Shown one piece after another: positions 1 through 9,678 of a DNA stretch of 53,515 bases. A model generated the notes under the pieces. The model was not told where the DNA came from. It was given only the letters and a program-made list of their open reading frames with translations, and made no database searches. The DNA lies in the IMG/VR virus record IMGVR_UViG_3300029267_001921, positions 1 to 53,515 of that record; one strand, 5' to 3'. Origin of the DNA: a virus. Lineage: Duplodnaviria > Caudoviricetes. The stretch's first letter is position 1. Every line of letters starts with the position of its first letter. The translations under genes and the position numbers were made by a program.

Positions 1-2
1 CA

Positions 3-593
3 CTTACAGTTGAAATTGAAGGAAATAATTCTCATATGCTTCACTTTGGTGTACCTATTATTGAAATCACTTCTTTAAAGATTAATGATTCAGAAGATGA
101 ATATGACACAAATGCCTATAAAGTATACAATTCAAGAATTCTTCCAGATGATCGTAGGAATCCCAAAATTAAAATTGTAAGTAGAGGGTATTCTATATAT
201 ACCTATATGGGTACTAAAACTGTATTCTATAAAGGTCGATTTAGCACAATAGAAGGATCATTTGGATTTCTGGAAGCAGACGGAAGTACACCTGATTTAA
301 TCAAATGGGCAACAGCCAAAATAGTTATGAATGAATTAACAAGGGATATTTCAGCATCAGGTAGTTCGGCAGTTATTAAAAAGGAAAAGACAGACCTTCA
401 TGAAATCGAATACGAGACAGGCTCTAACACATCACAGAGTGCTGGATTACAAAGCAAACTAACAGGTGATGATTCAGTAGACAGAATTTTACTAATGTAT
501 AAGGCTCCGTTTGCTATAGGTGGTACTGATCCATTTTTCAGTACAATTGAAAATTATTATTATGGGTGGAATGAATGCAACCGAATTTATTAA
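3..593 (+). CDS. Head-tail adaptor/neck protein, 5'-truncated (frame is open from base 3)
   Basis: No stop between base 3 and the ATG at 36. It has a TPDLIKWATAKIV...IKKEKTDLHEIEY segment typical of SPP1 gp15/gp6-like connectors and sits upstream of the tail genes. Confidence 0.6.
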   Translation, partial: LTVEIEGNNSHMLHFGVPIIEITSLKINDSEDEYDTNAYKVYNSRILPDDRRNPKIKIVSRGYSIYTYMGTKTVFYKGRFSTIEGSFGFLEADGSTPDLIKWATAKIVMNELTRDISASGSSAVIKKEKTDLHEIEYETGSNTSQSAGLQSKLTGDDSVDRILLMYKAPFAIGGTDPFFSTIENYYYGWNECNRIY

Positions 594-997
594 ATCCTAT
601 TTTAGTTGAGATAAAACAAGTCGATGATTCGGCAACTGTTTTCTCCAATAGACGAAGGGAACCAGTTAATAGAGTTAAAAGATCGGTTTCTTTTAAAGTG
701 AATGCACAAATTGTTTTTATGGAAAATGTTTATATAGATGCAACAAAAGGTAAGAGTCCAGATGAAAGAAATTTGGGTGGTGTTATCGAGAACGCAGTAG
801 GTTATATTATTGTTAGAAAAACTGATCTTCAGTCAGTTGGAAAAACATTAGATATTGGTGACCAAATTGTTTCATATGGAAATGTAGGTGTTGAAGAGGA
901 TTGCAAATATTTTTTAATAGGAAAGAAGGACGCTGCGCATTATTCAGATATTGGACAATGCACACTTGAAAAGTGGTTCTTCGAGGATAGATCATAA
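575..997 (+). CDS. Putative head-closure (stopper) protein
   Basis: 140 aa, beta-rich, LDIGDQI motif, second gene of the neck cluster. Confidence 0.5.
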   Translation: MQPNLLNPILVEIKQVDDSATVFSNRRREPVNRVKRSVSFKVNAQIVFMENVYIDATKGKSPDERNLGGVIENAVGYIIVRKTDLQSVGKTLDIGDQIVSYGNVGVEEDCKYFLIGKKDAAHYSDIGQCTLEKWFFEDRS

Positions 998-1539
998 TGC
1001 CAAATTATGGACCAACAATAAAAATTGGTGGAGATTGGAAAGCGTTTTCCAAGTTTTTGAAATATACATGGAGAAGTGATTTTGATAAAATAATGAATAA
1101 GGCAACTGAAAGATCAGCAAGATATTTATTATCTCAAATCCGAGAACGGATAAGAAATAAGGAATATCAAATTAATAAACTTTCAACTGCTATTAAAAAG
1201 GGATTTAAAACAGCGTCAGAGGCAACACCATTAGTTGATACAGGTGGATTAATTGCAAAAGGAATGGTAGTTAATCAGTTAAAGAATTTGGTTTATGAAG
1301 TTGGTGTACTTGCCAATCATCCTATGGATGAAAGAGGCAAGAAAGCAATGGAAATTGTTCCAGTTTTACATGATGGTGCAACCATTACACAAACAAGAGG
1401 TAGCAAAAGAGTAACGATTAGAATTCCACCAAGGCCATTTTTAAAGGAGGTATTTGAAGACGATAATGTTATAAAGAAAGTAGAAAGAGAATGGCATAAA
1501 GGAATGGAATATTTATTGAAAAAACATGGTAAACTATGA
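997..1539 (+). CDS. Tail completion / virion morphogenesis protein (HK97 gp10 / P2 S-like)
   Basis: PLVDTGGL and VLHDGAT...IRIPPRPFL motifs, which are characteristic of this family. Confidence 0.75.
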   Translation: MPNYGPTIKIGGDWKAFSKFLKYTWRSDFDKIMNKATERSARYLLSQIRERIRNKEYQINKLSTAIKKGFKTASEATPLVDTGGLIAKGMVVNQLKNLVYEVGVLANHPMDERGKKAMEIVPVLHDGATITQTRGSKRVTIRIPPRPFLKEVFEDDNVIKKVEREWHKGMEYLLKKHGKL

Positions 1540-3044
1540 TACATAAGTTAATAAAAAGTTGGATATTTGACGAAGCAAACAGATCGGTTACTGAAATAGT
1601 AACATCCGATAAAGCAAGACTAAACGCAGAAGATCCAGCGTATTCAAGACTACAACTAAAACAAGTGGGGGTTGGTGCAAGTGGTAGACCTATTTATAGC
1701 ACAGATAATGATATTACAGTTCGCTCCAGATTGTATACGCCAAACGCAATCCAGAAATGGACAATGTTCGAACCCTATTACAAAACTAATGAAACAGATT
1801 ATTTGGAATACTCTCTGGAATTAAGTAATAAGGTTGGCAACACATTTGATTTTGGCGATGTGATGTTTCCACCAAAAGAGGGTGATAGAGTATATCAGGG
1901 AGATTATTCAACTACAATTGATTCCTTTCTTGGTGGTCAGGTTGTTTTAACTGATGCAACAAACATAAGTAACGGAAGAGTATATTGTTTAAGAAGTGAA
2001 TGTGAGGTTAATTTTAGAATATATGATAGTTCAAACAATAAGTGGTACTATAATGTTGGAACGAGTAGTTGGGAGGCTGCTGGTGCATCTGATTGGAATA
2101 CCGAATTTCAAATTAGTAATAATATATCCACTTTAGATATAGCAAATATAGGAAAAGGGATAGGGTATGAGATAAATCTTAAAACAAATGACGAGAGATA
2201 TACTCCTTTATTGTCTGAATTAAAAATGCTTGGTGAATTTGAAATAGAGTTTGCTGAGGATATAATATTTGATTCTGTTATTCATGCAATAGAGGATGAA
2301 TTGGTAGTAACCACACAAATAGATATTCAATTGGGTTCAGCGACAGATACAATTGATTTTGCAAATGAATATCAATTAGAAAATATTGGTTATAATTTTA
2401 CTGATGGGATGTCAGTATATAATTTAACAACCGATCCAGATAGATTAGTGAATTTATTTAGTTCTTATACACCTGGGGCAGCAAGAAGAGGGGGAGGGAA
2501 TGACCCTGGGGTATTAACATTAACTGGTGTTCAGGCACAGGATTCGGTATTAGGAATAAAAATGAAATACTTTCCTGAAATTGCCGTAAATACCAGTTTG
2601 GATTTTTATGAGGTTGCAAGGATTCCATCTATTGTTTTTGAAAGAGTAGAGAGAGTGAATACAATGGTTGGAGAAAACAGTAATATAGGAATTCATGCAA
2701 TTAGAAATAAATTAACTTTAACAGGGGTTAAGTTAGAACCACCTGCTGTAAATGATTTAATATTTGAGTATGCAGTTTTCACAGGCAATCAGTCAGATCA
2801 ACACCGAATGGGTGAAGCACTCCAACGCCTCTTTAACAAGTTACATTACATTTATTCATGGGGTCTGGACGAACCTTATCCAGTTGTTGTTAGAGATGTA
2901 TTTAGGGCAAGTAATAATCCTAACGCATCTAACGTCAATACCCATACTGGACAATTTATAGTTCAGAATGTAATGACTTCCATTAAAGAGCCGAGGGATG
3001 TGTATCTGGTTGACTACCTTCAAAACAGCATGTCTACAAATTAA
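1536..3044 (+). CDS. Enlarged tail terminator-like protein with extra beta-sandwich domains
   Basis: Directly upstream of the sheath. The C-terminal IPSIVFERV...DLIFEYAVFTGNQSDQHRMGEAL segment resembles tail terminator/Pvc16 folds. 502 aa. Confidence 0.5.
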   Translation: MIHKLIKSWIFDEANRSVTEIVTSDKARLNAEDPAYSRLQLKQVGVGASGRPIYSTDNDITVRSRLYTPNAIQKWTMFEPYYKTNETDYLEYSLELSNKVGNTFDFGDVMFPPKEGDRVYQGDYSTTIDSFLGGQVVLTDATNISNGRVYCLRSECEVNFRIYDSSNNKWYYNVGTSSWEAAGASDWNTEFQISNNISTLDIANIGKGIGYEINLKTNDERYTPLLSELKMLGEFEIEFAEDIIFDSVIHAIEDELVVTTQIDIQLGSATDTIDFANEYQLENIGYNFTDGMSVYNLTTDPDRLVNLFSSYTPGAARRGGGNDPGVLTLTGVQAQDSVLGIKMKYFPEIAVNTSLDFYEVARIPSIVFERVERVNTMVGENSNIGIHAIRNKLTLTGVKLEPPAVNDLIFEYAVFTGNQSDQHRMGEALQRLFNKLHYIYSWGLDEPYPVVVRDVFRASNNPNASNVNTHTGQFIVQNVMTSIKEPRDVYLVDYLQNSMSTN

Positions 3045-3076
3045 ATAAACAAATTAATCTTTGAGGAGGATTCAAA

Positions 3077-5620
3077 ATGACACAAAGACGCTATGGCCCA
3101 ACATTGGGCGCAGGAACGGTAGTCATAGAAAAGGATGCCGAGAAACAAATCGAGAAGGGCACACTTGGAACGACTACTTACATTGGTATTTTGGAGAAAG
3201 GACCAACAAATCAACTATTCAGAGCAGCGACAAAGACAGAGTTTCTTAGAAAGGCTGGAAGTTATATAGATGATTCTTTGGTTCCTGATGCAGCATTTGA
3301 TTTTTACAAAACAGGTCGTGGGGCTGGAGAACTTTACTTGCTTAGAATCACCGATGGTTCTGAGGTACAATCCGAATTAACAATTAAGGCTCGTAAAAAA
3401 GAGGCATTGATTGCTGATCCAGCACAAGACTGTAGTGGAGCAAATTGTTATCTTCTGGCTGCTGATTATGTAAACATGGGATCGCCAGCAGTTGGCGAGA
3501 GGATGGCTGTATTTAATGATGATGGTTGTACTGATTTTTATCGTATTAAAACAATCACACCAGATACACCAGTTGCAGGAACATATGAGATTGAACTCGA
3601 TGGTGCTGCTTTAGCCGTTTATACGGTTGCATCTGGAACCCAAATTGTGCTTTACAATACAGTTATTAATCCTGATGTTATGAAAGTTAAAGCACATAAT
3701 GGTGGACGTTGGGGTGGAAAACAACAGGTTGAATTCGATCAAGCATTTGGTGTTGGTGGTCTTACCGCTACAACATTCGATACAGGAAAGACAATGTTGC
3801 TGGATGAATTTGTTGGTGCAACACTGAGTTTTGCCGCAATGCCGGGAAAATCATATACAGTTGTTTCCAATGATATTGCTGGTGTTGTTACTGTATCATC
3901 CGATTCCGATATGGCTGCGGATTACGCTCTTACTGGAAGTGCTGATGAGCATTGGAAATTAGAACTATTTAATGAATCAAAAATGGTTGAAATTCTAATT
4001 AAGGACGGTCTACAAAATCCAACCACAGAATTTGGTATGGAAATTTATGTAGATGAGGAACAAGTTCTTAATTATGACGATCTTTCAATGGACCCAACCT
4101 CTGAATATTATTTTGAAAGTCTAATTAATGACGATGAAAATAATGATTTTATTGAGGTTGAGAACCTTTGGACTGGTGGAGTATATGACTGGGTTCGTCC
4201 TGCAAACAGGCATGGGCAGTCAATTGGTTTAACCGATACTGTTCTCACAATTGAAGCCGCAGAAATAGCAGCAGATGGTGGAAATACAGGTGACGGTTAT
4301 GTTGATGCAATAACCTACGGTGGCGATTGTCAACCAGATGTTATTACAGTTGAGTGTACTGACGCAGGGGCGCAAGAATGGAGTTACACCAGTGCAGCAT
4401 TAGGCTTAGTTGTTGGTGCTGTTCCTGTAACCGGAACAACATTTGCTGCACCAAATGAGTTTGGGGTAGGATTTAAAATCATTGCTGGAGCAACTGCATT
4501 TGCGTTGGGTGATAAATTTGTACTTTATGTTAACCCATTAAAACCAAGTGCATTGGTTGGTGGAACAGTATATCCTAATGTTGATACACAGCGTAGACAG
4601 GGATACAAGATCATTTCCAACACATATGACACTATTACAGCTAAACCAAGTGCTGATATGCTAACTGTTGCAGCAGTTGGAAATAGTTACAGAGTAGAGT
4701 TTGCAGAAGACCTTGGTGGCGGGTATGATGGTGTTGCAGACATTCAGGATAACGATTACATTAATGCTCTTGATCCAACAACTTGTGCCATTAATGTATT
4801 GTTTGGAAAGAAAATGGGTCTTGTGAAGATAGCGATGCCGGGTGTTACCTCTACTGCCGTTCAGAAGGCTGGTATTGAGTATGCCGAATCAAGAAATTAT
4901 CAATTCAGGATTGAAATACCATCTAATATTACAACAGATGATGGTGCTGAATCTTATGTAAATGATACTATTGGTCGAAATGACTTTGCGGTTGTATCAT
5001 TTCCGAGTTATATGTATGTGACGCATCCAACCATTAGTGGTTATAAATTGGTTCCAGCAACGGGGGCTATTCATGGAAGGGAAGCACTGTTCGCAAAGAA
5101 TTATAATGGATACCATAAGGCCGCTGCTGGTATTGATGCCACAATTCCACAGTGTATTAAGTTACCAACAGGCGACAGAGAATTGGATGAAGAACTACTA
5201 AATAAACACGGTGTTGGTGTGTTGAAGTTCAAAACTGGAAATTGTATTATTTGGGGTGACAGAACAGTCAGTCTTGATCCAGCATGGAAGTGGAAACATC
5301 AAAGGGAATTGATGTCTTATTACGAGAATGACCTAAGAGAAAGTTTTGATTGGATAATTTTCGCTATTAATGATGAGAAGGAACAGAAAATTGCCCATTC
5401 GGCACTCAGGTCATATTTCGAGCCAGAGTATAAGAAGCGAGCATTACGAGGCGATGAGTTTGCCGATGCGTGTCAAATCAAGGTCGATAATGAGATTAAT
5501 ACTGATGCAACAAGGGCAGCAGGAGATATGCTCAGTGAGGTTTCATTAAGGCTTGCAGATACTGTGGAAAGATTTATAATTACAATGAGCAAAATGGGTA
5601 TCTTTGAAAGCGTTGAATAA
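3077..5620 (+). CDS. Contractile tail sheath protein
   Basis: 847 aa. N-terminal GTTTYIGILEKGPTN; C-terminal LVPATGAIHG, HKAAAG, IIWGDRT, WIIFAIND and LADTVERFII sheath motifs. RBS GAGGAGG. Confidence 0.95.
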   Translation: MTQRRYGPTLGAGTVVIEKDAEKQIEKGTLGTTTYIGILEKGPTNQLFRAATKTEFLRKAGSYIDDSLVPDAAFDFYKTGRGAGELYLLRITDGSEVQSELTIKARKKEALIADPAQDCSGANCYLLAADYVNMGSPAVGERMAVFNDDGCTDFYRIKTITPDTPVAGTYEIELDGAALAVYTVASGTQIVLYNTVINPDVMKVKAHNGGRWGGKQQVEFDQAFGVGGLTATTFDTGKTMLLDEFVGATLSFAAMPGKSYTVVSNDIAGVVTVSSDSDMAADYALTGSADEHWKLELFNESKMVEILIKDGLQNPTTEFGMEIYVDEEQVLNYDDLSMDPTSEYYFESLINDDENNDFIEVENLWTGGVYDWVRPANRHGQSIGLTDTVLTIEAAEIAADGGNTGDGYVDAITYGGDCQPDVITVECTDAGAQEWSYTSAALGLVVGAVPVTGTTFAAPNEFGVGFKIIAGATAFALGDKFVLYVNPLKPSALVGGTVYPNVDTQRRQGYKIISNTYDTITAKPSADMLTVAAVGNSYRVEFAEDLGGGYDGVADIQDNDYINALDPTTCAINVLFGKKMGLVKIAMPGVTSTAVQKAGIEYAESRNYQFRIEIPSNITTDDGAESYVNDTIGRNDFAVVSFPSYMYVTHPTISGYKLVPATGAIHGREALFAKNYNGYHKAAAGIDATIPQCIKLPTGDRELDEELLNKHGVGVLKFKTGNCIIWGDRTVSLDPAWKWKHQRELMSYYENDLRESFDWIIFAINDEKEQKIAHSALRSYFEPEYKKRALRGDEFADACQIKVDNEINTDATRAAGDMLSEVSLRLADTVERFIITMSKMGIFESVE

Positions 5621-5634
5621 CAATTTCAGATACC

Positions 5635-5661
5635 AGGGGGTCTGAAAAGAGGCCCCCTTTT
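5635..5661 (+). terminator. Rho-independent terminator-like hairpin between sheath and tube
   Basis: AGGGGGTCT-gaaaag-AGGCCCCCT stem (one G-U pair) followed by a short T run. Confidence 0.6.
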
Positions 5662-5696
5662 AACAAATTGTAACTGACTCGGAGGAGGTAAATAAT

Positions 5697-6140
5697 ATGA
5701 CTTTAAAGAACTTAATTCAACCCAATCATGCTCCGATAAATAAGTATGAGTTATTGGTATTGGGTCTACCAAGCGTACTGTTTACGGATGTAACAGGTAT
5801 TGAGCAGGAAACTCAAAAGGTCACATTGCCAGACCGCACCGCAGCAAGTGGTGGTCAATCGGAACCTTTTGAAGTTGTTGCCAAATTGCCTCTTCACCAT
5901 ACATCAGAGGTGTCGGCCATTGAAGCATGGTATAAAGAAGGGCAAGATCCAGTGACAGCGAATTACAAAAAGACGGGAACTATGATTTACAAAGCAATCA
6001 ATGATACAATTGTGAAGTCATATTCCTTAATTGGTACATGGATATCTAAACTTAAATACCCAGATACCGATATGACTAATGAGGGGGAACCTGCACTATT
6101 AGAGGTCACCTTCACTGTTGATGATTACGATCTACTTTAA
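5697..6140 (+). CDS. Tail tube protein (T4 gp19 / eCIS tube type)
   Basis: 147 aa after the sheath. FTDVTGIE, IEAWY, KKTGTMIY, YSLIGTWISKLKYPD and EVTFTVD follow the gp19-family pattern. Confidence 0.88.
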   Translation: MTLKNLIQPNHAPINKYELLVLGLPSVLFTDVTGIEQETQKVTLPDRTAASGGQSEPFEVVAKLPLHHTSEVSAIEAWYKEGQDPVTANYKKTGTMIYKAINDTIVKSYSLIGTWISKLKYPDTDMTNEGEPALLEVTFTVDDYDLL

Positions 6141-6143
6141 GAG

Positions 6144-6276
6144 TAGAATTACAGGGGGATAGGGGTGTCTGTGTTTAACATAGACACCTCATATCTGCAA
6201 TGATATACTGAGGTTGTATGATTTAAGTAACATTATTTACTTACTCATAATCAATATAGGCTTTAGATTAATTCTA
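6144..6276 (+). other. Multi-stem structured intergenic RNA candidate
   Basis: Closing stem TAGAATTA (6144-51)/TAATTCTA (6269-76) encloses hairpins at 6162-6190 and 6217-6249. Confidence 0.45.
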
Positions 6277-6304
6277 ACAAACGTTTAATTGGAGGATTAG
6301 GGAT

Positions 6305-7129
6305 ATGGAAAGCCAAGACAATTCCACAGAAAAAAAGATATTACTCAAAGAACTTCAAAACAACCTACCAGTTGAAGTAAAAGGCAAACAAGATCAATCA
6401 TTCGCATTTAAAGATTGGGGAATGGAAGAGGAAAAGAAGATTGCCAAGTTTAAGGAAAAGAATCCTAGTATGGGTAGGTTTATTACATCCATTTTAAATC
6501 TCATGCTTAAAGATTTGTATGGTGAAGACTTTCAAGGAAAAGAGTATAACCAAAAGATACTAACACTCAATCAAATGCCAGTAGCCAATGTTTTGTATAT
6601 GTATCTTTTCCTACGTTACGATCAATTAGGATCAGATATTAATATTGTTTCTAACTGTCCTTTTTGTAATAACACTATTGAAGACTTTACTGCCAGCCTT
6701 GATGATATTGATGTTGATTGTAAAGTAGGTGATTATAAAGAGGAAGTTGTTTACAAATTAAAGAAACCAGTCACCTTAGATAAAGGTGAGCAGTTAGTAG
6801 AAAACTTAAAAATAGGTATTGCTAAATGGGATGTAATGGAAAAGGCAGATATGCAAAAGGCAGTTGATGAAGCGTATATGAAAGAGACTACGTTTAAGAG
6901 TAGTATTGTTGGTGTAGATGATTCATCTACCCCTGTTGTTATAGAGGAAATCATTAAGAAACTAAAAAAGGTTGATATTGAATTTTTAAATTTGTTTATA
7001 TCTAAACACAATGCAGGCCCAACAATTCAGGCTGAAATGTTTTGTAACCGTTGTAAACAGACATTTTTCAAAGTGATAGATTGGGGATATGAGAGTTTTT
7101 TCGGAATTGGGTCTCTACCTACTCGGTAG
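6305..7129 (+). CDS. Tail assembly chaperone (G form), with two CxxC motifs
   Basis: Lies between tube and tape measure. CPFC and CNRC motifs, LKKVDIEFL segment, ends just after a slippery site. Confidence 0.8.
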   Translation: MESQDNSTEKKILLKELQNNLPVEVKGKQDQSFAFKDWGMEEEKKIAKFKEKNPSMGRFITSILNLMLKDLYGEDFQGKEYNQKILTLNQMPVANVLYMYLFLRYDQLGSDINIVSNCPFCNNTIEDFTASLDDIDVDCKVGDYKEEVVYKLKKPVTLDKGEQLVENLKIGIAKWDVMEKADMQKAVDEAYMKETTFKSSIVGVDDSSTPVVIEEIIKKLKKVDIEFLNLFISKHNAGPTIQAEMFCNRCKQTFFKVIDWGYESFFGIGSLPTR

Positions 7130-7135
7130 AAGACC
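7096..7135 (+). promoter_or_regulatory. Programmed -1 ribosomal frameshift signal (T TTT TTC plus 3' hairpin)
   Basis: In-frame X XXY YYZ heptamer at 7096-7102. Hairpin GGTCT CTACC-tactc-GGTAG a AGACC at 7110-7135 starts 7 nt downstream. Confidence 0.85.
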
Positions 7136-7293
7136 TGTACGAAGAGGAGTTTTTATTGCTTTATCATATTAATGGAATGACGCCAGATAGAGTTAATAAA
7201 ATGAGTTATAAAGAAAGGCAATGGTGGTTAATTAGATTGGATAAACAATTTAAAAAAGAAAAAGAGGCAATGGAGAAATCAACCAAAGCATAA
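7096..7293 (+). CDS. Frameshift extension of the tail chaperone (GT form), absent from the ORF track
   Basis: The -1 frame reads FFRNWVSTYSVEDLYEEEFLLLYHINGMTPDRVNKMSYKERQWWLIRLDKQFKKEKEAMEKSTKA*, which resembles gpT/GpE-type chaperone tails. It ends 12 nt before the TMP start. Confidence 0.85.
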   Translation, partial: FFRNWVSTYSVEDLYEEEFLLLYHINGMTPDRVNKMSYKERQWWLIRLDKQFKKEKEAMEKSTKA

Positions 7294-7305
7294 CAGAGGA
7301 TACAA

Positions 7306-9675
7306 ATGGCTTTCAATTTATCTGCGATTTTAACTTTCAGTCAAAAAGGATTCCAAAAAGGATTAGGTCGAGCGTCAAAGAGTTTTGATAAATTTAATAC
7401 CAGAGTAAAAAAGGCAGGCGCACAGGCTAGAGCAATGGGTCCAGGGTTGCGGAATGTTGGATTAATGGGAACTGGTATGGCTGCTGGAATTGGGGTTGCA
7501 GTTAAATCCTATATGGATTTCTCACGTCAGATGGATAGTGTTGCAGCAAAAATGAGTGATGGAAAGCAACATTATAACGAGATGTCTGATTTAGCAAAAC
7601 AAATGGGTTCAACAACCATTTTTACATCTAAGCAAGCAGCACAAGGATTGGAATACTTAGCCCTTGCTGGGTTTGGTGCTAAAGACGCAATGGGCGTCTT
7701 GCCTACCCTCCTTTATACTGCTGGTGCAGGAGCGTTAGAATTAGGTGCAGCATCGGATATTATTACAGACAGTATGAGTGCATTGGCTCCAATTATGGGT
7801 AAGTTTGGTGATAAGACAAAGCAAGCCACAGCACTTTCCGATATGATGGCGTTAGCACAGGCAAGAAGTAATACCAACATTGAGCAATTAGGTGAAGCCA
7901 TTAAATACGGTGGTGGTGCCCTTGCTAATCTTGGTATTCCATTACATGAAGTTATTGGTTCAATGGGTGCGTTAGCGGATGCTGGTATTAAAGGCTCAAT
8001 GGGTGGTACAGCATTAGTTAATATGATGAATAAGTTAGCTAAACCTTCATCGAAGGCAAAGGGATTAATGGAAAAGATGGGTATTTCGATGGAGGATATT
8101 AAATATCGTGCCGCAGACGGAACGATGAGATTAAAATCAATGTCTGAAGTGATGTCAGTATTTGAAAAGGCATTGAAAAAGAATCCAGACCTATTAAATA
8201 GGGCTGGTGTGGCTACAGAAATATTTGGATTGAGAGGCCAAAGAGCATTCTTCGCTTTACAAAATAAAGGTGCAGCGAATTTGAATAAACTATACTCTGA
8301 GTTAGACAAGAGTGAAGGTGCAGCGAAGAAAATGTATACAGATATGACTGATAACTTATATGGTGCGTGGGAAAGTATTAAGTCTGCTGTTTCAGGTTCA
8401 ATATTGAACCTTGGTGAATTATTTTCAAAAATGTTTGACGCAAAAGGCGCATTACAGGCTATTACCAAACCTATTTCAGATTTTGCTATGGCAATAATGA
8501 CTGTAATGAAACCAACAGAGGATTGGTCTGAAGCACAGAAAAGACTGATGCAGACAGGATTAGGTCAGTTTGTGTTGGGTATGGTTGATGGATTTAAACT
8601 CGTAAAGCAAACCGTAGTTGGTGTAATAAATATATTTAAAGGAATGATTAAGACAGCATCAAAAAGTGGATTTAATTTTCGATCATTTGCAAAGATAGCA
8701 ACAATGGTAGCAATGGCTATAGCTGCTATTGGTCCACCTATATTAATGATTGGTGGTGCTCTTTTATTATTGACACCTGTTGTGTCAGCAGTAATAAGTG
8801 GAGTAGGATTGCTTGGTAGTGTTTTGGCTCTATTAGCAAGTCCGATTACATTAGTTATTGCTGGTGTTGCTTTATTAACTTATGGTTTATATAAACTAAT
8901 GGGTGGATGGGAAGGTATAACAAGTGCTGTAAAAACATTTGCGGCTGGTTTTTGGGAAGCATTTAAACCAGCATGGGAAGCAATTAAAGTATCCCTTATG
9001 CCAACAATCAATATGCTTAAAGAAACATTTAGTGAATTGTTTAAAACATTAGGGTTTGGTAGTAAAGGTGCAAGTAGTGATTTAACAAGTTTTGGTCAAA
9101 CAGTAGGAAAGGTTGTGGGATTTATTGCGAAGGTATTAGTATATCCAATTAAAGCAATAGCCCATTTAATAAATTTATTTGCAAAATTAGCAACATTTGG
9201 TGCTGGTGTTGCAAAAGATGTTTTGGGTTGGTTTGGTTTTGGGAAAGGAAAGAAAGCACCAATTGAAATGGGTGAAGTCGCTAAAGGAATGGGTGAACCT
9301 GTTACACCACCAGAAGGAAAGAAAGCAACAGTTATTGATTTTGAAAAGGCAAGAACTCGCCTTAGGCCAGAAGAACAAGTAGGATTAACACCAGAGGAAA
9401 GAGAGAGAAGAAGGCAAATGTCTGTTGCTGAACAGGTTAATAAACAGCATTTGGCTGCAACACAGGTTAGAGTTGCACCATCAAATGTAAACGTAATAAC
9501 ACCAGCAGCACAAACAACTACACCACAAGTGAATATACAGGTGAATAATGAGGTGGATGAAAACGGAATAAGATCAATGGTTCAGAAATCAGAACGACAT
9601 GAAAGCAATAAACAAGGAACGCAATTGCAGACAACTTCGGCAGAACGTCAATCACAAGTGAGTTATGGGAGGTAG
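7306..9675 (+). CDS. Tail tape measure protein (TP901-type core)
   Basis: TTIFTSKQAAQGLEYLALAG, SNTNIEQLGEAIKY and LADAGIKGSMGGTAL motifs, Ala/Gly-rich helices and hydrophobic stretches. Confidence 0.95.
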   Translation: MAFNLSAILTFSQKGFQKGLGRASKSFDKFNTRVKKAGAQARAMGPGLRNVGLMGTGMAAGIGVAVKSYMDFSRQMDSVAAKMSDGKQHYNEMSDLAKQMGSTTIFTSKQAAQGLEYLALAGFGAKDAMGVLPTLLYTAGAGALELGAASDIITDSMSALAPIMGKFGDKTKQATALSDMMALAQARSNTNIEQLGEAIKYGGGALANLGIPLHEVIGSMGALADAGIKGSMGGTALVNMMNKLAKPSSKAKGLMEKMGISMEDIKYRAADGTMRLKSMSEVMSVFEKALKKNPDLLNRAGVATEIFGLRGQRAFFALQNKGAANLNKLYSELDKSEGAAKKMYTDMTDNLYGAWESIKSAVSGSILNLGELFSKMFDAKGALQAITKPISDFAMAIMTVMKPTEDWSEAQKRLMQTGLGQFVLGMVDGFKLVKQTVVGVINIFKGMIKTASKSGFNFRSFAKIATMVAMAIAAIGPPILMIGGALLLLTPVVSAVISGVGLLGSVLALLASPITLVIAGVALLTYGLYKLMGGWEGITSAVKTFAAGFWEAFKPAWEAIKVSLMPTINMLKETFSELFKTLGFGSKGASSDLTSFGQTVGKVVGFIAKVLVYPIKAIAHLINLFAKLATFGAGVAKDVLGWFGFGKGKKAPIEMGEVAKGMGEPVTPPEGKKATVIDFEKARTRLRPEEQVGLTPEERERRRQMSVAEQVNKQHLAATQVRVAPSNVNVITPAAQTTTPQVNIQVNNEVDENGIRSMVQKSERHESNKQGTQLQTTSAERQSQVSYGR

Positions 9676-9678
9676 TAT

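Noticed and set aside
7713-8468. Long minus-strand ORFs (this 251-aa one, 22790-23302, 44855-45313, 53058-53498 and others)
   Set aside because: They are antisense shadows of well-supported plus-strand genes, with no recognisable motifs.
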